DNA of 64,000 bases, taken from Octopus bimaculoides. Lineage: Eukaryota. Of this stretch, positions 14,930-27,540 are shown piece by piece; within the stretch, counting starts at the first letter, position 1; every line of letters begins with the position of its first letter. The DNA lies in NCBI RefSeq assembly GCF_001194135.2, contig NC_068984.1, positions 145,475,638 through 145,539,637 on the forward strand. The letters run 5' to 3'. The notes under the pieces were generated by a model. It made no database searches and had not been told where the DNA came from. It saw only the letters and a list, made by a program, of their open reading frames with translations. A program made the translations under genes and the position numbers.

Positions 14930-15170
14930 CACGTAAAAAGCACCATCCGAACATGACCAATGCCAGTGCCTCCTGACTGGCACGTAAAAAGCACCTGCTA
15001 CACTCTCAGAGTGGTTGGCGTTAGAAAGGGCATCCAGCTGTAGAAACATTGCCAGATCAGATTGGAGCCTGGTGCGGCCTCCTGGCTTGCCAGTCCCCAG
15101 TCAAACTGTCCAACCCATGCAAGCATGGAAAACGGATGTTAAACGATGATGGTGATGATGATGTTGATGG
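14930..15170 (+). mobile_element. Family C repeat ending in (GAT)n (probable RTE-mobilised SINE tail)
   Basis: GTAAAAAGCACC...GTGGTTGGCGTTAGAAAGGGCATCCAGCTGTAGAAAC...CAACCCATGC..GCATGGAAAACGGATGTTAAACGATGATG. It recurs at about 1560-1790, 11250-11450, 17560-17730(-), 31100-31290, 36080-36210, 37165-37340(-), 38180-38360 and 48770-48935. Confidence 0.8.
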
Positions 15171-16589
15171 TGAAGGTGGTGAACCAGCAGAATGGTTAGC
15201 ATGCAGGACAAAATGTCTAGCAGTATTTCAACATTCTGAGTGCAAATTTCACTGGGTTTAACTTTTCCTTTCATCCTTTCAGGGTTGCTAAATTAAATAC
15301 CAGTGAAGCACTGGGGTCGATGTAATTGACTAGGCTCCTGCCCCCAAATTTCAGGCTTTGTGCCTATAGTAGAAAGGATATTTAGGTTTTGAGTTCAAAT
15401 CCCTACTGAGGTTAACTTTGCCTTTAACTGTCACATGACACAATCTAAGCTTCAACTGACCAATGGAGGGGAAGGGCACATAGTTTTGGCCTGCACCCTC
15501 TCTAGACCCATGTTCCAATGTTAGTTTCAGTTCCAGCAGCCAGCGCCGACCAGCTGTCTGGTGGTACAAGCCTTCAAACTATCAGGGAGGAGGGTGCACA
15601 ATGAACAAGATGGTTCCCCTGGCCCACCTTTCAAGCAGCAATGCTATTCAAGTGCCAGCCAGCCAGCCTCACTTTGAATATTACTCATTTCTCACAGACA
15701 TCACCTTTTTTCCCAAAAACCTAAACATCACAGATCTTGCCATTGAGAAGAATTGAACTCAATACTATGAGTTAATAAAACCCTCATCAATAACTGCAAC
15801 CACAATTTATAACTGGTAACTATTTATAACAAGGTAAACTGAAGCAATGGAAGTTACGTAGTTTTTGCCTAGGATACAGTACGATTCTAGTCAATATGGT
15901 GTAAAAAAAATTCGTTAAAAAAAAGAGAAAAAAGGCCAGCCATTCGCTTGAAATGGTAGGTCAACATGGTAATAAAATAGGAAAAATGGTAAGAATAAGG
16001 GCAGAAATAGTAAAAATATTCAGTTACCATTATTTCTCATTAATTACTTTTAGGACCCTTATAAAGTGATAAAAGAGAAGGAGGAGGAGGACTCTATTAG
16101 GAACAACAGGGATTGTTTGAAGGGTCTTCGGTATCTAAGAAAACTAATTGTGATCTGGTATCAAGGACATGGATTTCAAATGTAACACATCTGTGCATAC
16201 CATCAAATATGAAAATGATAATAATAATAATAATAATACTCAACCAGCAAAACCTCTCATCAGTTAGTTTTAAGGACCCAATATTGCCACCTGTCCATCT
16301 ATTAAACAATGGTACCAACTGCTACTACCTTTCTACACAGACTTTGGCAATATTTCAGAATTTTTTTTCTTTTCTTTTTTTTTCCCCCCAATTTTCTGCA
16401 TATACTTTCTTTGTAACAGACTTTCAAAATACTCACATTTCCCCAAGAGAATAAAATCCATTAATATTTTGTTTTTCGTCCACTTACTGGCAATAAGATT
16501 CCACATATAGAATTCGGTTCCCATTTACTTCCATTCCACTTTCATGTCCCTCTTTCTCCCTCTCTCTTTACCAAAGTTTATCACTTTAT

Positions 16590-16633
<44 letters not shown>

Positions 16634-19479
16634 CCTTCTCATAATGGCACTTCTTATTCTATTTGATTCTGTGAACAATTGCAATGATGAAGCAATTTCG
16701 TTCCATATTTTTCTGCTTGTCTCTTGTTATTATCAGTTTGTTTCTTTAAAATAAGAAACACTTTTTTTTTTTGTTGTGTGTGTTTTATATTTTTAAATAG
16801 TTCCTACTTTAAATAACATCTTATTCTTCATTCAACACCAATACAGAATCACCATCATCAAAACAGCACACCGTATTATTTATTCACCGGCACCACAGTC
16901 ACCATCCACATCATTATTGTTGTCACCATCAGCATCGACATCAACAACAACATTTTATTGATGTTGTCCATTTACCGTGTTTCCTGGGCAACAAAACTTG
17001 TATTGCACCATATTGCAGTGTCAGCACACTTTGAGCAATAGCAGTGCTATTGTACTCCATAATACATCACCCATCATCATCACCATCTATATCATTTTAC
17101 AACTGCTTTTTTATCATCATCATCATCACTATTTAATGTCCGTTTCCCATGCTGACATGGGTTGGCTGGTTTGGCATGAACCAACAAGCCAAAGGATTGC
17201 ACCAAGCTCTACTGTTAGCTTTCGCATGGTTTCTACAGCTAGATGACCCCACCACCTAATGCCAACCAATTCACAGAGTGTACTGGGTGCCCTTTACAAG
17301 GCACTGCTGCCAATGCCTTGTAAAAAGCACCCAAGTGCTCACAAGACAAGACACCCTTCAACTGAGATATGCCATGTGATGAGAGGTTAAAGTATGATAG
17401 ATGGGAAGAAACAGGTGTCTTGCAGTGGAAGAGATACACCGTTACCTCAGTTAGAAGAAGAAGATGAAGAAGAGGTGCACTCTCAAGCCACAGGGAGATG
17501 TGGCAGAAGAGGAATGGTCCAGAAGATTGGGCAGAGTAAAGGGAGACACCAAGGAAGAACATCATCATCATTATCATCGTTTAATGTTCGTTTTCCATGC
17601 TGGCATAGGTTGGACAGTTTGACTGGGGACTGGCAAGCCAGGAGGCTGCACCAGGCTCCAATCTGGTCCAGCAATGTTTCTACAGCTGGATGCCCTTCTT
17701 AATGCCAACCACTCCGAGAGTGTAGTGGGTGCTTTTTATGTGCCACCAGCACAGGAGCCAGTCAGGCGGCACTGGCAACCACCCATGCATGAATGGTGCT
17801 TATTGCCTGTCACCAGCATGGCTCCTGTGCTGGTGGCACGCAATAAGTACCTGGAAAATATTTCTACACACTTTTACTAATTTCAGTCACGTGACTATAG
17901 CCATGCTGCAGCACTTCCTTTAAAGACTTCCATCAATCAAACTGACCCCAGAGCTTATTGTAAGTGTGGTGATAATTCTGTCAGTTTCTTTTTGTCAAAA
18001 CACTAAGTTATGGGGATGTTATCAAACCAACACTGGTTATCAAGCAATAAGAGACAAACACAAAGATGCACACATGATGGGCTTCCAGAGTCTCCATTAA
18101 CCAAATTTCACTTTCACATCATTGGTTGGCCCAGAACTAATGCAGAAGACACTAAGCCAAGGGGCCACACAGTGAAATTGAACTCAAAGCCACATAATTG
18201 TGAAGCAAAATTCTCAACCACACAACCATACACACACATGATGGGCTTCTTTCAGTTTCCATTCACCAAATCCATTTACAATGCTTTAGTTGGCCTGGGG
18301 CTATAGTAGAAGACACTTGCCCAAGGTGCCATGCAACAGAATTGAACTTGAAACGATGTAGTTGAGAAGCAAGCACCTTATTTATAGAAATATAATCAAA
18401 GATAACCAACCGGTTCTCTAATTCAAATTAACAGTCCATAACAAATACACAGCTTTTTCCCAATTACTGCCACCACTTAACGAGACATATTATGGAAAGT
18501 TTGTCAAGCCAGAGTAAACTCATCAATGTCATTAGATAACATTATAATTCACTTCAATTGTTGCCATGTTAATTCAGGTGGAATAAAACTTCCTAGGCCA
18601 ACGCTTATATCAGTGTTGACTAATAACCATCCATCTGATACCCAGGAGAATGGTAGAATGGTACACAATATTTTATCTTCTGCCCTCCCCCACCATAAAC
18701 CTACCAAGCATTCACCATCATATAGCTTTCTTGTGTTGTGTATTTATCATAGTAAATTAATGTTTATTTAGATATTCATCATCGTTCTATTACTCCAGTT
18801 CATGGCCCATGTACTTTACTTTCCTAACTACATCTGTTCCACTCTCACTCTCAAAGCTAAGTCATTTGTTTATATTATATTACAGAATTTAACACCCCAG
18901 TAAATAAATAAATATACAGAGAGACGTGGTCGGTATTTTTTTTTTTTCCTCTTTTCTTTGCAAGAAATCTTGCTTTTATGCAAATTTTCTACTTATAAAG
19001 TGACAAAATTATAATATTGAGAAATTTATGACTGTCTATCTTTCCTTCCTTATTTTTCAACAGACATTAAATCTGAAGACAGTGGTCAACTGTCTAATGT
19101 GTCATAGTTGGTTGATAGATGTTCAATTTCTACCTTGCCCTAAATTAAGAAAGCAAAGATATTTGATAAAATAAAATGAGTAAATATTTTTTCTCAGACA
19201 ATTTTTCTGTCAATTTTTTAAAATCTGGTACAAAGACGGACATACCTTTCATTTATACTGTAATGAAGAAGGCTAATTATATGTATTAGTAGGAAGAATA
19301 TAGCTTACAAAAAGAGAGTAATTATTAGTCTACACTGTCCAGAAAATTTTGATTTTATTATACTTTTATCAAAATATGGTTTGCCTGTTTCTTTTATTAT
19401 TGAAGACATCAACAAATATGACGAGAAGAGAAGAGACAAGTGGATTGGGAATACTTGAGTGGAGATGATATAAGCCTTG

Positions 19480-19870
19480 CCAACTCCAAGGAGTAGGGAT
19501 GCTAGTAAAAAGCAGAGAGAGTTAACAGCCTGGCAGTGAGATAGGGGCAGGAGTATGTCTGGGAGTGAGCTGATGCCAATCTGTTGTGTGAGCCTTATTT
19601 GGATGCAGTCTAGGATGCCTGAGTGTGCAGCAGCACCATTCTAGATGTGACAGCAGTACTTCATTGCAACCCTAACCTGAGCTTTGTAGGGTGATAATAA
19701 CTGTTAGGGGTTAAGGTAGCTTCTCCCCTAGAAGAGAAGGGCTAGTCCCTGAGAAACAGTCATGGTTATGTTAAGGCTAAGTTTTCACAAGGAGAGGTTT
19801 TTGTTGATTTTTGGAGGCCAAACATTTGGAAGCAGTGTGATAGGTCTAGCTGCACGTTGCTCATGATTAT
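19480..19870 (-). mobile_element. CR1/L2/Jockey-group LINE 3' remnant
   Basis: Minus frame YKAQVRVAMKYCCHI*NGAAAHSGILDCIQ...LLPLSHCQAVNSLC resembles the LYKAQIRP.MEYCSHIW...LSHRR.VASL motif. Confidence 0.65.
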
Positions 19871-19964
19871 ATAAAGAAATTGGTTAGGAATAGCAGCAGA
19901 ACAGCAGAAAGCATAGCACTACCTCACACATATATATCTCATGGCACTTTGCTGCCAAAAACTA

Positions 19965-20560
19965 TCTTTTATCTTTTACTTGTTTCACTCATTGAACTGC
20001 AGCCATACTGGAGCACCACCTTGAAAGGTTTTAGTCAAAGGAATTGACCCCCAGTATTCTGTTTTTTTTTTGTCTGGTATTTGTTTTCTTTTACCAAACT
20101 GTTAAGTTACAGGGACATAAATAAACCAACACCAGTCATCAAGTGATATGGAGGAAGTGACAAATACGCACATACATACACAAACATACATATAATGATC
20201 TTCCACACAGTGGAAGGAAGACACTGGCCCAAGATGCCACGCAACAGAACTGAGCCTGAAACCACATGGTAGCAAAGCAAACTTCTTAACCATACAACCA
20301 ATTTTAAAACTTTATAATCAAAGGTGCAGCTTCCCAACCACATGGTTTCAGGTTAGTCCCACTGCATGGCACCTTGGGCATGTGTCTTTTACTATAGCCT
20401 CAGGCTGACCAAAGCCTTATGAGTGGATTTGGTAGGCGGAAACTGAAAGAAGCCCATCATATGTGTGTGTGTGTGTGTGTGTGTTCATGTGTGTTTCCTC
20501 CACCACTGCTTGGTATGTTTACATCCCTGTAACTTAGCAGTCCAGTAAAAGATACTGACA
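19965..20560. mobile_element. Two family A SINEs back to back (minus 19965-20320, plus 20325-20560)
   Basis: Family A head and body motifs in opposite orientations. Confidence 0.65.
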
Positions 20561-20798
20561 GAATAAGTAAAAACAAAAAATACATACTGAGTTGAATAAA
20601 GAGATTTATCTAAATGAGGGAGATTTGGCTGTTATTTCTAGTAGCATACACAATTAGACTGACTCATGATTCACAACCCTGGCTCATTGAAAATAGGAGG
20701 GGTGGGGCAGTTAGCTCTGATTGCTCATGCACACCAAAAAAATAAGATAAAATGGTGCCACTAGTTGGGTCATCGTTTTGGTATAACAGTGAGAAAAC

Positions 20799-20845
20799 CC
20801 ACCAGAAGCCCCACCAGAAGCCCCACCAGAAGCCCCACCAGAAGG
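20799..20845. repeat. 12-bp tandem repeat (CCACCAGAAGCC)x~4
   Basis: Directly visible. Confidence 0.9.
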
Positions 20846-21879
20846 CAACTTATTCCTGATCTGGTGATTAGAGCAGAACAGTTCTTTCAAAGCTGTGCAC
20901 TGGTAAAAGTCAAACTTTGACATTATCACAACCTCCACACAATTGAGATTTATGAAGTACCAACAAAACCAGGCAATAATCAGACTAGTATAGCAATAGC
21001 CATCCTAATGGTATTGGTGGTGGTGGTGGTGGTGGTGACAGCAGCAGCAGCAGTGGTGGTAATGGTGGTGGCAGTAGGTGTAGAAATAATGATGTTGGTG
21101 GTGATTTTAAAGGCTATTATAGGAAATATTTATGTCAACATCAAACCTGACGCCAGTTCCAATTAAAAGTTCTTGTAGTTGGTCCACCCATCACAGTTAA
21201 CAACACTCAACGGTCCTCATATAACACGGTTTGCCTGACATATTTCACTGCCAAGTCTGGACCTAATTTTAAAATCTGTCACACACAGAATATATTTTAT
21301 GTCCACTCGTATTTATAATTCCCATATTTTGCTTAAAACTACTACAGATTTTCACATTCAAAGCAGAGATTCTTTGCATGTATTTTAAATTCTTCTATTA
21401 TTGTTTAGCTTCAGAAGATTCCCTTGTCTCCTGTCATAAGACCATAACCGATTTATTCCCATCAACTTTCCAATAAAATTACCTCATTCTTTATGATGTT
21501 TCATGGTTTTAAAAATTGCATTCAATAAATTTACTGGCAGATTTCATCCTGTTTATACAGTGACTAATAAAATTATTTGCTGAAACCAAACAATTTTATG
21601 GCCAAAATTTATTAAAATAACATTAGTCACTGAGTTAATATTGTCTTTTCCTCACCACATATGTTTTTCTAATTAAATTTTCCATGGCTCACTACATTAA
21701 ATATGTTTACACTAAGTTGTTTACATCATAAGAATTTATATCTTGTGTGTACAGTTAAATGTACGGCTATTACTGTATGAGTAAAAGCTCCATGTAGATT
21801 ATCATTCTCCAATCAGCTTCCAGTATAGGGGCCAGGTGACTACTATACTTAGAAGTATTACTAGTTATAATTACTATGG

Positions 21880-22250
21880 CACTCTGTCGGTTACGACAAC
21901 AAGGGTTCTAGTTGATCCAATCGATGGAACAGCCTGCTCATGAAATTAACGTGCAAGTAGCTGAGCACTCCACAGACACGTGTACCCTTAACGTAGTTCT
22001 TGGGGAGATTCAGCGTGACACAGAGTCTGACAAGGCTGGCCTTTTGAAATACAGGTACAACAGAAACAGGAAGAAAGAGTGAGAGAAAGTTGTGGTGAAA
22101 GAGTACAGCAGGGTTCACCACCCTGCTGGAACCAGTGAAGCTTTAGGTGTTTTCACTCAATAAACACTCACAATGCCTGGTCTGGGAATTGAAACTGCGA
22201 CCCTACAACTGCGAGTCTGCTGCCCTAACCACTGGGCCATTGTGCCTCCA
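21880..22250 (-). mobile_element. tRNA-derived SINE, near full length (family D)
   Basis: Minus-strand head GGCACAATGGCCCAGTGGTTAGGGCAGCAGACTCGC...GTTTCAATTCCC with A and B boxes. The body recurs at about 2020-2340, 33870-33910 and 39690-40000. Confidence 0.8.
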
Positions 22251-23184
22251 CTAGTTATGATATACAGAACATATATCGCAGAAAATTAAGATAAGCCCCA
22301 ATATGAATTATCAGATCCAGCATAGATTCCACCATTGCAGTTCTTTGGAGCTCAGCATCGTTGGATGCTTTGAGTGGCTTCGGAGGCCTAAGCACGATGG
22401 ATCACCAAGGAAACGCTTCCTTTTAAAGAGATGTAATATCTGAAGTCAGACACATGATGAGGCAATTTAGAAGTAAATTATTTGGGCTTTTGTGTGTGTG
22501 TGTGCATGTGTGTATATGTGTGTGTATATTAGGTGCAAGTGTGGCTGTGAGGTTAAGAAGTTCGCTTTGCAATCATGCAGTTTTAGGTTCAGTCCTACCA
22601 TGTGGCATCTTGAGCAAGCAACTTCTATAGCCTTGGGCCAACCCATCTCTTATTAGCGGATTTGGCAGGCAGAAACTGTGTTGTGTATATANNNNNNNNN
22701 NATATATGTATATGTATGTATGTAACATAATTTAAATAATTTGGGAAAACGAATTTCAAATTGAATCAGGTACAACCCTTTAGCATTACATGCATCTGCA
22801 TATAGTACAGTGGGGTCTTGATTATTTATATATTTATATAAAAGTATACAAAATATATAATAGAAATCAATAATAATAATTCAGTTTGGGGGATTAATAG
22901 ATATGCGAGTATTCTGTTTCAGATAATACAAAAAAATAACCTAATGAGTATATCTGAAGGTAATCTCGTGGTGATTATTTGCACATCATGAAATGATATA
23001 ACGAGAACACCAGCAGGGTATGAAATATACTTCCTTAATTATCTCCTACTTAAGTTAAAATTAAAATTATCAATTATGAAGGAACTACATGTGCTTCAGT
23101 ATTAGAAGATTATAAAATATATACATATACATACATATACACATATAAATATATATATGCAATCATCATATTTACAATTCTACC

Positions 23185-23556
23185 AAATGTATAGTAAACT
23201 CTAAGAACAATAATAATAAAATTATAAATAAGGTTTATATAGGATCTACAGCTAATGAAATTAAAAAAAGAATCTCCCAACACTACCACACTTTCAAAAA
23301 TCCTAATTTGAGTAAGTCCACAGGTTTAAGTAAATATATATGGGAATTAAAATCTAGAAAAAGAGAGTACACCCTTAGTTGGAGTATAATAGGTAGAGCC
23401 CACTCTTATAATATTGGGAATAAAATGTGTTTATTATGTATAACAGAATTTATGAAACTGCTACAGTCTAAAGATAAATTAGTAAATACATATGATGAAT
23501 GAGGAGTAAAATGTAGACACAAAAGTAATTTTACTTTTAATAAAATGAAATACTGA
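23185..23556 (+). pseudogene. Penelope-like element GIY-YIG endonuclease C-terminal remnant
   Basis: KCIVNSKNNNNKIINKVYIGSTANEIKKRISQHYHTFKNPNLSKSTGLSKYIWELKSRKREYTLSWSII...KMCLLC...*GVKCRHKSNF. The YIG motif is at 23236-23244; ST.LSKYIW.LK, C.LC and KCRH are typical of Penelope endonucleases. Confidence 0.85.
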
Positions 23557-24126
23557 ACCCCACCCTTGAATCTAATAACCACACACTTTTGATTTCTACA
23601 GTACTTGAATAGATTATATAAATAATTAAATAAATTAATTAAATATTACTAAAAATTATATTATAACAAATTATATATATCTCTCAACATAGTCAGATTG
23701 AAGATAATAATAGAAGATAATTTAAATAAAACTATGCATAGTATAATTACCCCCCCCCCCCNNNNNNNNNNNNNNNNNNNNNNNNNNNNNNNNCCCCCCG
23801 GAACTAATCACCTATAAATTCCCATAGTGCTCTGCTATCTTCACTTCTTCTGATCACCATTTTGAAAGACATCTTGTTTCCACCATAGGAGGATATGTAT
23901 TTGCGCTTTTTATGTTATTTTTCACATGTAATCACAGACATTTTTATTCTGATGTATATTTTATATCTTATATTTTGTATTTGATATCATATACTTGACT
24001 TTATAAGTTTGATATATGTATACTAATTCATCTTTATAAAGTATAATTTTTAATTTTTAATGTAATGTTTAATTTAACACTTAATTTTAAGGTGATGTAA
24101 AATTAGATTAACAATATTTTGAAATA

Positions 24127-24232
24127 GAACCTGAAGATGTGTTGGTAGAATTATAAATATGATGATTGCATATATTTATTTATATGTGTATATGTATGTA
24201 TATGTTATAATCTTCCAAAGCACATGTAGTTC
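24127..24232 (+). ncRNA. Type I hammerhead ribozyme motif (degenerate) in the Penelope pseudo-LTR
   Basis: GAAC-CTGAAGA-T-[long stem II]-(C/G)AAA/G-CACATG-TA-GTTC. Stem I is GAAC/GTTC and the cleavage site is UA. GAAA is mutated here (CAAAG) and in the inverted copy (TGAAG). Confidence 0.6.
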
Positions 24233-24505
24233 CTTCATAATTGATAATTTTAATTTTAACTTAAGTAGGAGATAATTAAGGAAGTATATTTCATACCCTG
24301 TTGGTGTTCTCGTTATATCATTTCATGATGTGCAAATAAATACCACGAGTTTACCTTCAGATATACTCATTAGGTTATTTTTTTGTATTATCTGAAACAG
24401 AATACTCGCATATCTATTAATCCCAAAAACTGAATTATATATGCAACATATGGTATAATTATAAACAGCAAATTTTAACCATTTCTCCGCAGACTGAAAA
24501 ATGAT

Positions 24506-24556
24506 GAACAACCTCAATCGATTTTCAAACCTTATTGAGTTCTTATCAGAGGCGTC
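24506..24556 (-). ncRNA. Minimal type I hammerhead motif, copy A (degenerate)
   Basis: Minus strand GACGCCT-CTGATAA-GAAC-tcaataag-GTTT-GAAA-ATCGAT-TG-AGGTTGTTC. Stem II is paired; core G8 is mutated and position 17 is G. Confidence 0.65.
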
Positions 24557-25553
24557 TACATCATTCTGACAATCTCCAGAGAAACAATCAGTCAAACAGT
24601 TTATATACTCAACAAATGCATCAGTTACTCTATGAAGGAGTCCCTAATAAGCATACGGAAAATGCTTAACACTCTATAAATACCAGCAGCCTGTCAACGG
24701 GGATCTTAGTCCACACAGTATCAAGGTATGATATAATATATATGTAACATATGGTATAATATATATATATATATATTTGGAACTCAGCATTATTGAATGT
24801 TCCAAATGCATTTGGATGCCTAATCCCAATGGATCATCTAGGGGAAACACTTCATTGCATTCTATTACAGAGATTTAGTATCTGAAGTCAGACACATGGT
24901 GAAGTAATCCATAAATAACTGCAGTAATTTATACTTATTCTGACAGGTTTTCCGAAAAGGCAAGAATTTGAAAACTTCAAGAGAATGTGAAATAATTATT
25001 CTTAACGGTTGCCTGTAGAATAAGAACCCACATCTGTAAACATGACAGACAGGATGTAGTCTTCTGCTTTTTCTATCCAAGTGGTTTTTAAACCCATTAT
25101 CTACTCACAAGTTATCATGGTTTTATCTACTTCAAGAAGCACTGATAAAAAAATGCAAAATTATTTCAGGCACTGGAGTGCGATAACAAGTTTGCTTCCC
25201 ACCCACATGGTTCAGTCCCACTGCATGGCACCTTGAGCACGTGTCTTCTACTATAGCCCCAGGCCAAGCAAAGCCTTGTGGGTGGATTTAGTAAATGGAA
25301 ACTCAAAGAAGCCCTGCTGAGAATCTCTGGTGAGTTCTTCATTACAATTAGAAGTGCTCCTTACATGTATGAGACATACAAAAACTCATACATTGCTTGG
25401 GTGAGGACTGATTTGAGGTTGGACTTTACAGCTAGATGCTCTCCCTGTTATCAACCTTTAACCCATTTCTCAAGTGATGAGATGTCTTTATTCCACAAGT
25501 CTTTGAACGTCCAGAGTAACAAGCAATGTCAACATCAGCACAAATGAAATACC

Positions 25554-25588
<35 letters not shown>

Positions 25589-25849
25589 GCAACAGGCTTA
25601 ATACAGTTTCATCTACCTAATTCGCTCACAAACTTTGGCTGATCTGGGGCAATAGCAGAAGACACTTGCCCAAGGTTTCATGCAGTAGGACTGAACTCCA
25701 AGATCACATGGTCAGGAAACAAGCTTCTTACCTACATATGCTAACAAATGCTAAAAAAAAGAGTTCAGAGACAGTGAAAAACATTTTTCTGTGTCAGCAA
25801 GAGATTGAAGAACTTACAGTACCCTTATCAAAGGACACCATGTCATTCT

Positions 25850-26277
25850 AGTACTTAAAAAAAAGCACTAGATAACGTAGAGGGGGACACTAGTCATTCT
25901 AACTAAAAGACCCTCCTGTTACCCTCAAGCTCCTCTGATTTTTCTGAAACACTTATTAACCACTTACATTTCCTAATTACAAAAACTGAAAACTTTCAAA
26001 AACTTTCTGCCAGCTTAATAACTGGATTAACTAATTTCCTGCTTTAAGTAATCTCTTGAGAATCTTCTCTTCTATTACTTCAACTGATGCCACACTTAAT
26101 AGTTCCACTGTAATCCTAGAAGCCAAACTATTACAGCTATTCACCACTCTCCCACCATTTGTCTATGTCTAAGAAAACAGTTTGTATCACAACAGAACAT
26201 TTCTACATATCTATGTTTGTCTAAACCACCACTGCCTCCAACTTGTAACTTCTCTCTCTAACATATACATGTCGCAA

Positions 26278-26320
<43 letters not shown>

Positions 26321-26700
26321 CTGCAGAGGTGAAGGAGACCTTTGAATTAACAACTCCTCTCATCACAGCACAACTGGCCTAATTTATCTTAAACTTAATT
26401 ACCAAATCATTAGGGTATGGTACCCTTTTTAGGCAACAGAGTAGAAAACCATGTTTACATCCATGCTACAGGCCTCACATCCTATTCATCTACCCCTTTA
26501 CCCAACACCCTATCCATAACATTATTAATATACCTCGTTTGTAAAGTCTATTAGTTTATCTTGCATCTAATTAACTGCTATCTAAACTGTAACTCACACC
26601 CAAACACTACAGATTTAAGCTCCTACTGGTCCATTCTATATCTAACCCCATTAACCCTAACCTTATATCAAACACCTTATAAGCAATGCTGAGTTACCAT
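25850..26700 (+). mobile_element. Possible highly decayed Penelope-type RT region
   Basis: C/A-rich, G-poor strand. VENHVYIHAT near 26440-26470 resembles the Penelope K.TD...YLH..S.HP motif. No continuous frame. Confidence 0.25.
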
Positions 26701-26880
26701 CAAGCAGAAAAGCATATACTTAGGTCACCAAGGGAAGTGGGGTGGGAGCATCACAGAAATGGTTAACGGCTTACAGCACAAAAGAAATCACTTTAAATTT
26801 GCTAAAGTAATATTCAAAGGGGTTTAAATGAGTAGAAATATAATTTCTAAGTGTTCATGGTGTCATAGTGAGATCGTGAA

Positions 26881-27120
26881 GGGCACATGGCTTTATCTGG
26901 AGCATCAAGCTTACGACCGTGAGGTTGTGAGTTTGAATCCCAGACCGGGCTGCATGTTATGTTCTTGAGCAAGACACTTTATTTCACGTTGCTCCAGTTC
27001 ACTCAGCTGTAGAAAGGAGTTGCGACATCACAGGTGCCAAGCTGTATCGCCCCCCCCCCCNNNNNNNNNNCCCTTTTGCCTTTCCCTTGGATAACATCTG
27101 TGGTGTGGAGAGGGGAGGCA
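26881..27120 (+). mobile_element. tRNA-derived SINE (family E)
   Basis: GGGCACATGGC...GAGTTTGAATCCCAGACCGGGCTGC...GTTCTTGAGCAAGACACTTTATTTCAC. Its reverse complement is at 36295-36580. Confidence 0.75.
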
Positions 27121-27124
27121 GTAT

Positions 27125-27540
27125 TTTGTCTGTCTTTGTGTTCAGTTGTCAAGCGATGTTGGGCGGGAGGGGGGACAAACACAGACACACAAATATATAT
27201 ATATATATATATACATATATACGACAGGCTTCTTTCAGATTCCGTCTACCATATCCACTCACAAGGCTTTGGTCAGCCCAAGACTATAGTAAAAGACACC
27301 TGCCCAAGGTGCCACGCAGTGGGACTGAACCCGGAATGATATGGTTGGTAAGCAAGCTATTTACCACACAGCCACTCCTATGCCTATATACATATGTGTG
27401 TGTGTGTGTGTGTGTGTCTCTCTGTCCCCCCCCCCCAACATCGCTCGACAACCGATGCCAGTGTGTTTACGTCCCCGTAACTTAGCAGTTCGGCAAAAGA
27501 GACCAATAGAATAAGTACTAGGCTTACAAAGAAACAAGCA
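27125..27540. mobile_element. Family A SINE pieces (minus head 27125-27380, plus tail 27385-27540)
   Basis: Family A motifs on both strands around a (TG)n tract. Confidence 0.65.

Larger units (their letters stand above)
22876..24438 (+). mobile_element. 5'-truncated Penelope-like retroelement with inverted partial pseudo-LTR
   Basis: 22876-23186 is the near-exact reverse complement of 24142-24438; the two arms bracket the GIY-YIG remnant and AT-rich 3' sequence. Confidence 0.8.

Noticed and set aside
20799-20845. 12-bp repeat as a CRISPR-like array or (SGGA)n coding repeat
   Set aside because: No spacers, eukaryotic context, and the surrounding ORF has no homology or splice support.
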